A DNA stretch of 63,597 bases, the filler included. It is 5 parts of 5 records of this genome, joined end to end, with 100 filler letters (N's around TTAATTAATTAA, not from the genome) between each part and the next. Parts side by side here need not be neighbours in the genome. Positions count along the whole stretch, not along the records: positions 41,505 to 49,563 come from SRR2962707_1165; positions 49,664 to 56,095 come from SRR2962707_1167; 3 more parts are not named here. One strand, 5' to 3'. The notes beneath the pieces are model-generated. The model did not search any database. It had not been told where the DNA came from and saw only the letters and a program-made list of their open reading frames with translations. Position 1 is the first letter of the stretch. The number at the start of each line of letters is the position of its first letter. Positions 41,822 to 55,700 of this stretch are shown here, piece after piece. Both the position numbers and the translations under genes were made by a program.

Positions 41822-44800
41822 ATGGCGGAAAAGACCCCACAACAAAACTGCGAGGAGTTCCGCAAGGTACTTCACAAGCTGGAACGTCTCACTCTCGGCA
41901 GCAACGCGCTGAACGTGTCCGCGAACGAGCGTAACCTCGCAGTTGGATACGACCCGTTCAACGGGAACGCCACTGTGACGGAGTACCGTGAAGTCCCTGC
42001 TTTGCTGGAAGGTTCCCCCACACAGTTGGACAACCTTCAAAAATGGACCGACTTTATGGTTCAGTCTGATCGCGTACTGCAGCGAGGCAAGGACCTTTGC
42101 GTATTTCTGTACACGTTCCGCGGGCTCTCAGCCACTTTACCCGTTGCCCCGAATGCGTCGATCGACCTTGATCGAGACGCCACGCAGGAAGAGAAGGACG
42201 CAGCGGCCGACGCGCGTCGAGCCGCAGCAAGAGATGCCAAGATTGTGAAGGAAAACAATTTTGCCATTCTTGAGCCATATATGTGCCGACTGCGCGATCT
42301 GCAGGATTTCAACACAGACCTAGGGGACGTGCTCCACATGTTCCTGGCTAATTACACATTATTCACTTCGGACAACAAACGGGAGGTCGTGCCATCGCAG
42401 ATCAAGGAGCGGGCCGTGCAACTCGTGGACGTTCTTGTGCAGCTGGACAATCTCAAAGATATGAAGGCCTCCATCCTCAACGATTTTTCGCTGTTCAAGC
42501 GGTGCCTCAAGGGCATTGAGGACGATACCGATCCTGTCAAAGTGGAGGAATACAATGGAATGGTCAAGAAACTCAGTCTTTTTCTTGCTGACCCTTCGAA
42601 CCCCAAGAGCATCATGTTTCATAAAACACGCCAGAAAGTACAGAGCGTACAAGACTACGACATCCCACTGGTTACGCTCTGCGAGTTCAGTCGCAAGCGG
42701 ATCAAGCATGATCTTTACCTCACCTCCGACGAAATGCACATGTACCTTCGCGTGATTCCGCACCTCTTCTTGCTAATCGACGAGCATCAAACAGAAAACC
42801 AAGAGCTGTCAGGCAGTACTGCTGTCAATATTTTCAAGCACAAGAAGCTCAACACCTCCGATTACAAAGTCATCTGCAAAGAGTATCCGGTTGTGCCCCT
42901 GTTCCGCGACATGAGCGTCAATTTGATCGAGATTCTCAAACGGTGCTACCACTTTCCGCCAGGAAGCGAGCACAAGTGGAAGTGTGAGCAAGACCCAAAT
43001 GGGCGCGACATTATGCCATCCGAATACAATCTGGAGAGACACTGGGCAAGAACTCGCGAACAGTACGATGAGTTTGTCGCCACCTGGCTCAACTTTATGA
43101 AGACTATCCACCTGAAAATTGAACAGGTGCGTGTATGTGCGCGTGCATGCATGTGTGCATGTATGTGTGCCAGCCACTTACAACCTATTCTGCGCCATGT
43201 CTCGCGTGGGTGCCCACCGCTTATTCATGGAACAGAATGCCACATTTGAAAAGATTGCACTGGACCCCTTGACGCAAGAAACTGGCTCCATAACCGTCGG
43301 GCAGCGCCTCTCTGAAGTCGTTCTTCGCGGCATGCGACTCTTAAGTGTGTGGTCGACGCGAATAAAAAACCACATCACCTGGAAATACACCCACCCCCAG
43401 GACAGCTCGAGAACACCGCCGGAGGAACGCGACCGCTACCAAGCGTACTGTGATGCGGTCAAGAATAACCTCAGCCGCGTCGAGTTAACAGTGTTGACCG
43501 ACACCATCGTTGTTACAAAGTCACTCGCATCGCTGATGCTACGCGAGGAAGGCACAGTCGTTGCGGTCTTGGCCGCCACAATGTACCGCGACATCCAGAG
43601 CTTCAACCAAATTGCGCTACGGCACCCACTGTTTTTCGCGCAATCTAAAAAAAGGCAACAGACACTGGGACTTCTCGAGGCGCTGCGCGACACCATGGCA
43701 GACTGGCCAACAGGAACAAAGCCCTCAAACCAGGTCAAGTACCTTGATCCCAAGAAGTCCGGAGTTGGAAATTTGCTCAAAAGGGTTGTAACCCCGACCG
43801 AAACTCAGTTGTACGTGTATCGCAGTTTAATGGACCACCTTGTTGATGAGAATTCCGAAGCCATGAACTCGGGCGGCGTGTTTACGGCGCGTGACATTTC
43901 GAAGGAAGCAGAACAGCTTGTCATCGCGCACCAGCAACGGGCATTTTTCTACCCTTACTTATTGGGATTCAGCCGCTGCATCGACAGCTTCAAAGACATG
44001 GGCGATCTTTTGTTCCGAGAGTACGTGGTGTATTGTTTCCCTTCGTCATAAAGTGATGCGCGTGCTCACACGCTGTTGGCCACCATTGATACACTATCTG
44101 GCACTCGTTTTGACTGGCGTTTTGTATTTGTGTTCCTTCCCCTTCCGAATGCAGGTATTACCTTGAAGTCACCCGATGCGTTCAGTTTCCTCTCCGTCTT
44201 TCACTTCCGTGGATCCTAGTGGATCACATTCTCTCGCGGCGAGCACATGTCACGACAGTGGACGACATGTTGATGGTGCTCGACATCTACAACGACGCTG
44301 CAAATCGAGTGTTGTATCGAATGAAAAAACAATTTATGTTCAACGAGATTGAGGCCGAAGTCCAAATCGTCTTTGCAGAGCTGGTTCTTCGGCTGGCTGA
44401 TGATGCTTATGCGTATCACAAAGACCGGGCGGCGTACGACGCCTTGCCAAAGGAGCAGAAAGTGCTCCTTGCAAAAAAAGGGAAAACTGCTGTACCCACG
44501 GTTGTGCGCCATTTTGAAGTGATGTTGGCGCAGCGCAACATCGAACTCCTTGGTCGAAGCGTCGACTTGAATGGGATCCTGTCAAAGAAAATCCAAACCT
44601 ATGTTGTCGAGGACTTGAAAGGCATTGTGGAGCGCTTTGAGGTTTCTCGACTCACAGAGGTTGTTGAAATCGACGTGCTGTTAAAAATCTTGCGCGCCAC
44701 GCATGCAAACCTTGTCGCTGCAGGCTTGCAGCTAGACAACTTCCAAGACATCTACAATCGCAGTGTTCAGCGATTAGGGTCGTTCTCGTTTTTGGACTCT

Positions 44801-46843
44801 GTCGTTCTGCGAGTTCAAGACGCAATGTTTTCGGACCTTACAGTGTGGTTCGCCTTCAATGAAACTTCACAACAATTTGTCGTTACGGACGATGATGCTG
44901 CTCAAGAGTTTCAATGGGACGAGAAAAAACCTCGGGCTAAGCAGCCGTTCTTCCTGTTTGGCTCTGGCCCGCTCAACCCCAGCGCGTCAGAAAATCGGCT
45001 CACAAAGCAATTTGCCAGAGCGCACGAGCGTTGGCTACGCCCGTTCAAGGATTTCTTTGGCGCGGAGCATTGCCGTGCAATCATCAACATTGTCGGGTTG
45101 GCCCAACTCCCGATTGTGATTCGGTCGTGCGAGCAGAGACTCCATGAGTGCATCGACGAAACACTGTACGATTTTGTGGATATGCTCGGCAACAAGCCCG
45201 ACGACAGCGGCGAGTCTGAAGGGGGAGTGAAGGGGTTCCCTATTTGGCAGTTGCCCAAGACGGACACCACGGTCATGATGTCCTCAGAGTTCAACTTCAT
45301 GCGGCTGGAAACCAATGCCTTAGCTGTGCTGAACCGGTGGAATGAGCTGAATTTGATCGTTGTAATGCAGACCTTCCGTGAAGTTGGCAACATCATCGCA
45401 TTGTTGCGTCTCTTGCAGAGCGAGCTCGACTCGGAAGAATTGCATATGTACATGCTGTCCGCTCCGTTTTTGCAGCGGCCTGCTGGCGCCCCCGAACCAA
45501 CTGCGATTGAAACATCTCTGAACGTCCATGCTGACGATACCACCATCCTCGAAAGCGCTTGCGATGACGTGCTGAAACAATTCAAAGTTTCGCCTGTGGG
45601 AACGATGGGCCCTCATATTGGTTATCTTGGAAGGCTGTGCGAGAACGCTGTCAATGCGTACGCCCCGTTGGATCAAAATGCCTTGATATTGCGGCCTATT
45701 CTTGACGAGCTTTCTGCGCTGTTGAGTACCAAAGATTACGACCATTGGCACGGCGATGTCGTTGGCAACCCGAACGCGAGAATGGCCATGGATGCTCGAC
45801 CCCAACGCCAGTTTCATCGCATTTGGGCAATGATGTCATTCTTATATTGCATGCAGCCTTTGCCCGAGATGGCTATGAAGGTGTCGTCTTTTAACAGCAA
45901 GTTTGGAGATGGGTTCTTGTGGGGTGGTCTGACTATCCTGCACCTGCTGGGACAGCGCCAGCGCTTCGATATCCTCAATCTGTCAAAGTTCTTGCTGGAT
46001 CTCAAAGAGTTCGAAGACGGCTGCCAAGACCCTGACCGTGTGCGTAAAGATGGATCTCAAGTGCAGGTTACGGTCGGCGGAAACGAAGCAACGCCGGTTG
46101 AGCATATTCAAGATCAGATTCGTGGGTTTTACGCGCGGTCATATGCGCTGCTGCAAACGTCCAATCACATATTGGACTCTCTGGAGGCGGACATCCCGCC
46201 ACCGGACATGTCTGCCGCCGTCCGTTTCCATCCTGACGGATCCATCATCGCGGCAGATGGTGTGAAAGTGGCCCCAACAACGGGTCGGCGATCTTCCGTG
46301 GCCGCACCATCACCATCCAGCACGAAACAAGCATCTTCACCGGAGCCAAACGTGTCTTCGGCTCCATCGCCCAAGCTGCCTCCTGCGCCAAAGCCTGTTG
46401 TACCAGTGGCCCCCAAGCCCATTGTGCCGGTGGCTCCAAAGCCCATGAGCGCGCCTGTGCCAAAGCCTCCACCCACGCATGCGCCGCCTGTTCCAAAACA
46501 GCCAGCACCGCCAAAGCCCAAATCTAACGCTCCACCAGTGCCGAAGACACACGCCCCGCCAGTTCCCAAACAGCCGGCTCCGCCGGCCCCGAAGACGCAC
46601 GCCCCGCCAGTGCCGAAGCAACCAGCACCGCCGAAACCAGCGGCTCCAAAACCGCCGGAGAAACCTGCTGTTTACAGAAAGGCTAAGCACAAGTACAAGG
46701 CGGTCGATGACGACGAGTTGTCTTTCAAGAAGGGAGACTCAATCAAGATCATTGGACCAGCAGAGGACGAGGGATGGCTCATTGGTGAAATTGATGGGAA
46801 ACAAGGCTTGCTCCCAGAAAACTATCTTCGGCCAGCCCCGTAA
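41822..46843 (+). CDS. CYFIP: CYFIP/Sra1/PIR121 homologue with C-terminal proline-rich region and SH3 domain (3 exons, about 1590 aa)
   Basis: LDNLKDMKASILNDFSLFKR; spliced [74 protein letters not shown]; introns 43127-43235 and 44021-44154 restore frame; SH3 DELSFKKGD..EGWLIG..GLLPENY. Confidence 0.92.
46368..46668 (+). repeat. Coding tandem repeats PKPVVPVAP and THAPPVPKQPAPP
   Basis: THAPPVPKQPAPP occurs three times and PVAPKP twice in the translation. Confidence 0.9.
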
Positions 46844-46976
46844 ACGAACGTAGAAATCTTTGAGATCCACTGTTCGCGGGGCAGCTCGGCCACTCGTGTC
46901 AGTGATTTCATCAATGAAACAGTGAGGCATCTCATCATTTTTTTATCAATTTTATAACACAAAAAATAATCACTCA

Positions 46977-47020
46977 AGTTGAAGAACGCGATACAAGCAG
47001 TTGAAGAACGCAATACAAGC
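46977..47020. repeat. 22-nt tandem duplication between convergent 3' ends
   Basis: agttgaagaacgcgatacaagc / agttgaagaacgcaatacaagc. Confidence 0.85.
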
Positions 47021-47027
47021 ACTGCAC

Positions 47028-49281
47028 TCAGCCCTTGTTATTAAAGCCGAGTTGCTTCTTCCATGCCCTTTCCTCTTTCTCGAAACGCAGTTTGTCAGCT
47101 TCATACATCTCAACGAATGGCTGCGTTCAACATGGCAACATGCAACGAAACAATCAGCAACAGCCACAGCACACCACTTTTTTTGGATTGCCAACGACAG
47201 ACAACGTGGAAAAGTCTGCACTTACTGCGCGCTCCTCTGCCGTCAACTTTTGCCATTTCACTCCAAGTGCTCGAGCAACGTCTGTAAAGCCAAGGTCTGG
47301 GTGGGCGTCACGGATTGCTTGCCGGGTTTGTAACGTGAAGAAAAGGTATGCTGATGTTGGGCGTTTAGGTCGGGCCAGCTTTTTCACGGCTGGCTGCTGC
47401 CCACGCTTCAGCGCCGTCGCTGCATTTTTCGGGTCGGAGTCTCCAGTTTTCCCATCAGCGGTTTCCTTGTTGAGCGACTGGCCAAATGACTTCGTTTGCA
47501 ATACAATGAGACGCTGAACCTGCGCTTCGTAGGATGCGCGTTGGCGCGCGTGAAGTACCATGAGCTCACGTTTTTCAGCCTCCCCTACATTTTTCCACAT
47601 TTTTCCAAGTATTTTCGACATTCCTGCGAACGACACATCTACAGGCGCAAAGAGACGTTCTGTGAGTTGCAGCTTAGCAAGAACCATGCGTGCATTCGCC
47701 AACAACGGGAACGAACTCGGGTTCTTTCGCCGGACTTCATCGCGATGATTCGCTGAGAACAACAAAAACAGCGACGTTGGCATTTTGGGGAAGCTAAACC
47801 CATTGCCGGTTTCTGTTTTCTGCCCTTGCTTGGACTGTTTCAGCCTCTTGTCGCTCTTCAGAGACGCTTCTGCGCCCGCGCTAGACGCTTTCAATTTTGA
47901 TGCCTTGCGTTTGATCGGCTTCGAGGCAGGTGCCGTTGCCATTGCTGCGGGTTGTTTCGTGCCAGATTGCTTGCTGATCTTACTCCGAGCGGGCATGTGC
48001 GTGGCGTTCGGCTGGTCCTCAGAATGGCGCACGACACTTTTCTTTCTGCCTGACATATTCAACAGCATTTGACTGCTCTGCGCGTCCTCCTGTTGCGGAG
48101 GCGCTGAGCTACCGTGGCTTTGTTGTGCCTGAGCACTTTCAGCAGAGTGCTGGTGGTGCTGGTGGTGCTGGTGGTACTGAAGCTGCTGGGGCTGATGGTG
48201 GCGCTGATGCTGTTGGTGCTGCTGGTGCTGCAGAAGCGAAAGTAGATGCATCTGCCGCTGCTGCTGCTGCTGCTGTAAACGAAGTATGTGCCAATGCTGC
48301 TGCTGTTGCTGCTGTTGTTGCAAATGCTGGTAGTAAAGAAAATGGTGTGACATGCCGCGTTGCTGGTGCTCGTATAGTGTTGGCGACGCAAACGCTGGGT
48401 GCCCAACGTGCCCCGATTCAGGCATATGGCTTGTGTCGGCACCATTGCCTACATCGCCTACATGTGCAGCCACCCCAAACGAGTTGTCAGGATTGGGTTT
48501 GACGTCGCATGACGAAGAGGATGAGACTTTCGTCTCACGCTGTCGTTCATCGTGGTGTGGACCCAAGTGCCGTAATTTGGCAAGTTGGTCCGCAATCATA
48601 CGAGTTTGCTCTGGCTGCTGGCTGCCACCGGCATTGCGTTCAGTAGTATCGCCGGCAGTTTCAGCTGATTCTCCTGAGCGCTGAGCCGATTGGGATGTTT
48701 GCAAGCGCTTGCCCACGTCCACAAAAAGTGACGCCCCCGAAGTGTTCACTGCGTTTGCACGCGCAAGGCTTTGCATCTGCGCCTGTTTCAGTACCAGTCA
48801 TATTCAACCAATGAAAGCAATCGAGCCAAACGTTAGTTCCGTGAATGGGTGGAGAAAACAAGCTAAACACTGAGACAACACGGCTTGCCTGAAGAGCGTT
48901 GCGCTGCATTAGCTGCAACTGAAGCTGCTGCTGCTGCTGCATAAAATATGCGTAATGATGTGGCAAGTGGCCGTTACTGGACACGCTGCTTTGATAGGAC
49001 GAAACTGGTTGCGGGAAAAACGTAGAGCTTGGATGTCGAAAACTCTGTGGGTTTGTTGGCACACTGTCGTGACCGTGCGGTCCGCTCTGAGCCACACCCT
49101 CCGAAGGGTAGCCGTGAAGATTCGAAGGATTCGGATAGCCTTGTTGTTGCTGCCGTTGGGAGACGTTGAGCTGCGGTTGTGCTGCACTCGTGTCCGAGTG
49201 CAGTTCTTGGCGTCCTTCCTTCGTGGTACTTGTGCCAGCGACATTCGGATGTTCCCCATTGCCGCTGTACTCGGATGGCAT
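47028..49281 (-). CDS. Two-HMG-box protein with polyQ/H N-terminal region (start uncertain)
   Basis: PKMPTSLFLLFSANHR..SKILGKMWK and PKRPTSAYLFF..VARALGVKWQKL..PFVEMYEADKLRF; introns about 48783-48888, 47639-47716, 47121-47225. Confidence 0.85.
48147..48330 (-). repeat. CAG/CAC trinucleotide tracts encoding polyQ/QH
   Basis: Plus-strand tgc/tgg runs. Confidence 0.9.
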
Positions 49282-49563
49282 CGGGCAGCTTTGAATGGTT
49301 CTGTTGTGGTCCCTCTGCAGTTCCTGTGTTGGGCAACTTGCAGGGGTCAGCTCTGCATGCCTCCGGGTCCAACGAGGCAAGCCGCAGTAGGTACAGCCAG
49401 GGCGTGCGGTGGGTGACGCTGAACCTACTACTGCTGCCAATTGCACACGGCCTGTTCGACAGAGAGTTGGACGGGTTGAATGGGCTCACGAGAAAAACAA
49501 CGTTACTTTTTGTGTGCAAGACTATATTGCGAGTCCATCCATCCATCCGTCCGTCCGTCCGTC

Positions 49564-49663
49564 NNNNNNNNNNNNNNNNNNNNNNNNNNNNNNNNNNNNN
49601 NNNNNNNTTAATTAATTAANNNNNNNNNNNNNNNNNNNNNNNNNNNNNNNNNNNNNNNNNNNN
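49564..49663. other. Artificial contig linker flanked by (TCCA/TCCG)n and (CCTT)n microsatellites
   Basis: N44-TTAATTAATTAA-N44. Confidence 0.99.
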
Positions 49664-49796
49664 CCTTCCTTCCTTCCTTCCTTCCTTCCGTCCCCTGACC
49701 ACGCCGGGCATACAAGTTCGAACCAGTCGTACGAAAAAGTCAGCTGAAAAAAGTGAATTCTCTTGTCTACTCCGGCTGCATTCTTGAGAGACCAGG

Positions 49797-52627
49797 ATGT
49801 CGGGGATCATTGCCACCTGCGGGACGAAGGTGGAGACGTGGAACTTGAATGGCTCCGAAATCGAGCAGCTGTCTTCCACGACGCCGCACGTGGGGCGCGT
49901 GAACGTGGTGCAGTGGAACCACAACAACCAGGTCCTTGCGGCGGGCGGTGCGGACGGATTCATCACACTCAACCACTTCAAAGGGCAGCTTCTTGGAAAG
50001 TTGCCCACGCCAAAAGACGAGGAGTTTGCTGACGAGCGATTCAATGTGCAGTCGCTGAGTCTCAGTGTCGGTCCGTTCCTGCAGTTTTCAGTAATTGCTC
50101 TGTTGTCCACGTGTCACCCTTCTTCACTGTGAAAGATGTTCTTGGGTGTTCACGCGACGGGTGGATGGATTTTTTCCTGGATCCCGATCTGTTTGATTGC
50201 TTCAACAGGTTCTCGGTACCTCTGCTCTGGAGGTCGAGACCAACTGGTGAAGGTGTGGGATCTCAAGACACAACGCCTCATTCGCAAATTCGAATCGCAC
50301 ACTGGAGTGGTCACGGCTGTATCGTTCAACAGAAAAGTGCGTGATTTTCCCGGCCGCTATGTTCACGATTATCCCTTACATTGGCAGCTGCTCACGATTT
50401 TGTCCCCATTGTCTTTCACTGCGCAACAATTTTCGAACAGGATTCTGTTATTGCATCTGCCGACCTGAAGGGCCAAATAATGGCCCACAGCGTTGCCAGT
50501 GGCGACAAAGTATGGCACCTGAGTGCTATTGACAAGGTACTCGACTGCTTGATGTCAAGTACTGCGTGTGTTGTGCATAGTCCGCACGCGATTGAGAGCA
50601 CTCCGTGCCTTTTTCATCTGGTTATGCGTTGATTCTTTGGGTGTTTATGCCGGTGCTGGCTGCATCACAATAGGCCGGTCAATCAATCGGCGTGAGCCAC
50701 TTGAGCTACTCCCCATTCGTGCCATCGCGTCTCGCCACTTCGTGCGTCGAGGGTTCAGTGCAGGTTTGGGATGTTGCGACCGGAGTTCAAAGCTGCAATT
50801 TTCCGGCTGCTCACACTGCTGCGACATCGTCACTTTTCTTCAGCCCCGTGAACCAAGTTTGTATACTGGTGCCTTTTGCGATAGTGAGCTCATTTTGAAA
50901 CCTGCCCACCCTGTCAAGAGCCCCGGTTCATTTGATGATTTTGCCGTTGCATTGTTTGTAGCTTCTCCTAGTTTCGACGGGGCTGGACCACAAAGTCAAC
51001 TTTTTCGACAGTCATGACTCAAAAAATGTCATGGCATTGTCCGCTCCGCAACCGCTGACGGCAGGAACCTTCTTGGTTCGTTTTGAAACGTTCCTTCTTT
51101 CCTCGTGATATGGCCGTTGTCTGCTGCCACTTTCGCACAGAACTTGACAAAAAGGGCTGCGAATGTGTCCGAATCGCAGCAAGACGGCACCACCGTTGTT
51201 GTAGGAACTCGGTCTGGCGCATTGTACATGTACGATTTGAGAAAGCCTAACACGATCAAGGCGACGCATTTGCTAGGTGCGTTATTGACAAAAACTCCTT
51301 GCCTCTTGATCGCGTGGCTTCAACTCACCCTTGTCCATGACCATTTGTTCATGTAACTTCATTTTCTGTGCAGGGCCTGCGAACGAAATTGCGTTCATCG
51401 CACGTCAAAGTAAAGTCAAGTATGTGGCTCCTATTTCACTCATTGTTTGTGTTTCCAACATGACGCTTGATGCGCATGCAGTTGTGTTTGCTTCGTTGTA
51501 TTGATCACGTGTATACTGTGCACGTCATCATAATAGAGCAAAAAGCAAGAAGACAGTGGGCGGACGGGGCAGTGGGTCACGTGCCACGACGCCCAAGAGC
51601 TCCGGATCGGGAACGCTCGCTTCGAAGCTCGTTGATTCGTCAAGCAAAGTGATTGTTGGACCGAGCAGTGCAGATGTTCCCAGCAGCCGAGTTGCGACTA
51701 GTGGGAGGGTTGCTGGTACTCGGGTCAAAAGACCCAAGTCAACCGCCAATACTCCACGTGGAGATGCAGATGTCACCTCCAAGCGCCGCATCAGCAAAGG
51801 GGGGAATAGCAGAGCTGCCGGCACCACGAAAGCACCTTCTTCATCCACGCCTGCTGATGCTGGCTCTAAAAAGACCGCAGAGGTATCGACGAAACGCGAC
51901 ACCAAGGCAGTCCCTCAGGCTCACAGTGCTGACAAAGCAATCAAGTCAAAGGAAGCCGCGAAACCGGCGAAGGCAGCAAAGCCACAAAGCGAACAACCTG
52001 CATCCAAAGCCACGCAGGCGCTCAATGGCAGCACCCCTTCGAATTCAGCGGGCCCTGAACATACAGTTGGCGCGGTTAAGAAGACCAAGACACCATCTCC
52101 ACCAGCAGGGGCCGCATCGTCTGGGCCACAAAGCATTGCTGCCGGGAGCATGCGTGGGCTTGATCCAACTTTTTGGTCAGCCGACCACACTGCTGGCAAG
52201 CAGCTGTCGTTCGCTTCAGCCGAGGCCATTTTGGACCAAGTGAGTTTTTGCGTCTGCTCGCAATTTCAGTTTTTATCGTTGACAACATCAATACCTTGCT
52301 TGTGGCTCGACTTGAGATTTTTTTAAATTTGTGTTTCAGATGGAGGAGGATAAGGAAGAACTTCGAGACGAAATTCGTCAATTGCATCTGGAGATGCTAC
52401 GACAATTCCAGCTCCAGCAGGTGCGCCAGCCAAGACTGTGAAGCACTAGACCTTGAAATGAGTTGCGTGCTGGGTTGTCGTCAATCCTATTTGCTGTTTG
52501 TTTATGTGTATTTTCCCAGGCTGAAAGCACCAAGCAGATGCAGGGCATGATGACACGAATGCAGGAACTGTTTCAAGAAAATCGGACCCTTCGTGAAGAA
52601 AATGCGCGCTTGAAATCGGTATACTAG
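49797..52627 (+). CDS. NEDD1: NEDD1/GCP-WD gamma-tubulin complex targeting protein (multi-exon)
   Basis: WD40 repeats (VQWNHNNQVLA, SRYLCSGG..VKVWDLK, STGLDHKVNFFD, YDLRK), low-complexity linker, C-terminal coiled coil EIRQLHLEMLRQFQLQQ..LREENARLKSVY*. Confidence 0.88.
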
Positions 52628-52745
52628 GATGACGTGAGTTGATGTGACGAGATCTGTAAAATAAAGGCGCCCCCTTCAATTTACGATGGGCTTACTTCAG
52701 TGCGGCAGAACGCCATTATGAACACTTGGGTACGACACATTTGCT

Positions 52746-55700
52746 TCAGTGCAGTAGAACGGCATGGCTTCCATTGCAAGCGTGAGGGCGAGAGCCACAT
52801 GCCACGAGAATGTTGTGCAAATTTTCGACGAGATCTTGGTACCTATGACGAGAACACAAGATTTTGGACAGTGTTATCAAATTCCAGCGCCTTGCATGAG
52901 GTTCAACAACAATAAGTGCCGTTTCATGCTTTGTCCACCAACCCAGCATCACTCGCAACGTTCGTGTGATCTGCGTGCCATGTCACGGGAACTGGCTCAT
53001 CCGTGTGAAGGTAGCTTCGAGTCGGCCCCCGAAGAAACGACAATCAACAAATTGGTATGCACACTTTACGATACAGATATCACGCTTTTACGGTACAACC
53101 ACATTCGACAACATTCAACGCGACAACAACAAAAAGGCACTGACAGTTCGTTGGCGATCAGGTGAGAGAAATTGGAGACGCCGGTGACATTGTTGTGGTG
53201 AACCCACTCCGTGTATCGATACGTGTCAGTACCTGCAATAACAGTTTGGCCATTACAAAACACCCAACTCGCCAATCGACGAGCGACAACTGGCGCACCA
53301 ACTCACGCATGGTGTAGCCCATCACTGTGCTTCCGTGGGTGCCACGGACATCTCTGCGCAGGTATCTGCAAACCCCAAAAGACATGTCGCAAAGTAAGCA
53401 TCAAGTGCGGCGAGTGTCAAAGGTCACCAATACAAGAAATTTGTGAAGACCACCTACTGGCTAAATGCCCACTGCCGTGAAAACTGCGATGCTGCAGGCG
53501 CAGTTGCGGGCACCAAATCTAAAGCGTCAATGGAAGCGTTAAACAGTGTCATGAGGCTGAATCCTTCAGTACACGTTGATGTGGTCCTTGAAGAGTGCAG
53601 ATCGGTGGGACATGTCGCAACAGCACTTGCGCCCAGTGTGGCAGCCTCAACGAGAGTGGGGAATATGTCCACCTCTTCGACCAGCGCAGCGGAGCGCCCA
53701 GGTTGGAAATTTGGAACAGATATCATGAGCTTGTCCGGTATTTACGTTGAGACAACACAACGACTGAGTTACGAAGAACGTGGGGTGAACGGCATCGCAA
53801 ATGCACCGTCAGTTTAGCAAGTCACAATAGCGACTCACCGGAATTCGAGTGGCGTGCTCAAAGTTGGTTTGCTTGGCCCACTCATCGTTGTCACCAAGCG
53901 CATATCTAGGAACATGATTGCAAGATTAATGACCTGTTCTGTGGGACATTCCACCATCATGCTGCCTAGTGTTACTCAGAGGTACTTACCCATGATCTCC
54001 CCAAAGACAAATAATGGTGTTGTTTGCAAAAGCCGATGCATCAAGAGCGTCGAGAACGCGTCCAATGTTTGCGTCAGTAAAAGACAACGCGCTCCAATAC
54101 CTGGTGCATGGCACGCCACGACGTGAGTCATACTCCGTGTCCGAAATTCCTGAGTGAAATTTGCCGGAAGCACACCAGTAGCAGGACTCACGCGCGGCGT
54201 AACTCTTTGGCCTTCCAGTCAGGAACCTAGGGCAATGGATCCCCACCAAAATCCACGGCCACATTAAACGACAATGCAGGAATCATATAGCGCTTGGCTG
54301 AGGCAGCTCGCAAAACGCAGCAGCGCTGAAAATTCATATCTTGGGACAACAAAAGTACCTCCGTCGTGTTGTCGTACGGAGTGTGGTGTGACATGTTTTG
54401 CCAAACTTCAGCGCAAAGGTCAATGTACTGGCAGGAGAGAGGTTCGTCTGCGCGTTTGGGGGTCGCCCATTCACGCAACACATTTTGAAGCGCCTATCAC
54501 AATCAATAAGAGCAAAAAATCAGCGAGGTCCGTTGCTTCACGCGATGCAGTGCCACACAAGCCAAAGTGCCAAGATTGAACACAAACAACGTCGGGCACA
54601 TTGGTGGGAATAAATCGGTCCGGTGCGACTGTAATGGAATCCTCCGGATAAAAGTCCCAGTACTTTTTGGGGGCGTACCACGGCACGTGGGGCTTGTGGA
54701 ACCCCACCGCCTTATGCCGGCGAAGGTAAAACAGCCAACCAATCGTACCAGGTGAATATTTTGCATGTCACACAGGCCCAATCAGACACAGACAGCTACA
54801 ATTGAAGCTGCAATGTAGAGTTGAGACATACCAAGAAAAATGGCCGGCCCACTGCTTCAGGGATCGAACCAGCGGTCATGTTGTTCAGATACTCGACAGC
54901 GTGCTAAGAGACAACACAGCCATTCACACGTTATCAAGCTCGTAAATGCTGGCACATCACACGCACGACCACCGCAATTTGAACACAATGGATGCGTGTT
55001 GAAAGCGCGTTCACGGCTGTGCCAAGTACAACCTGCGCGATCTTTCCTTCGGCCATTTCGAGATCGTCCAAATCGTAGGCATACCATGACGGATGTGCCT
55101 TTGACCCATTGTACATCGGCGGTGGGTCTGCTGGAGGCTCCCAGATTCCAGTCGCGGGGTTGGTGGTGCTTGGCGTCCATGAATGCTAAACGCCAAAAAA
55201 AAATGAATGCTCAGGGTTGCAAGCCACGAACGTTGGTGCATTCACGCATGACATTCTACATTTGATTCGGTAGCCAAACATCAGCAAGCAGACCTTCATT
55301 GCCATGCATTTCAATTGTCACAGTAACCGAGATGTGCAGCTCCTTCCTTCCTCCCCCCTCCCCCCTCCTTCCTTGCTCCCTTCTTTTTGGGGCAAACGCA
55401 CCTTGTAATCCTGGTTAGCAGTAGGATGCCCTTCATGGAATACCTTCCCCATGCCGACCGTGAACCACCCGCTCTCCTTGAAAAACTGTGGCAGCGTAGT
55501 GGCATTGGGCATCCCGCACCCAGCGGAGCAGTCAGCAGCGTGACAGCTGCCCCCACACGTCCGAAACCACTGCGTGACGTCGATCTCCCAGTTCATTGTA
55601 GTATCGGGTCGTCGAGAGGTGAGCAGGGCGGTGCGGCTGGGCATGCAGAGCGCCACCGAGACGTAGGCTCTCTCAAACAACACGGAGCGGTCAGCAAGGC

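Noticed and set aside
46977-47020. 22-nt repeat as possible CRISPR
   Set aside because: Two adjacent copies, no spacer, no cas genes, eukaryotic 3'UTR context
51061-51180. Possible GC donor in NEDD1 (acg|gcagga)
   Set aside because: A canonical GT-AG intron (ttg|gttcgt...cgcag|caa) gives the better WD repeat PLTAGTFLQDGTT
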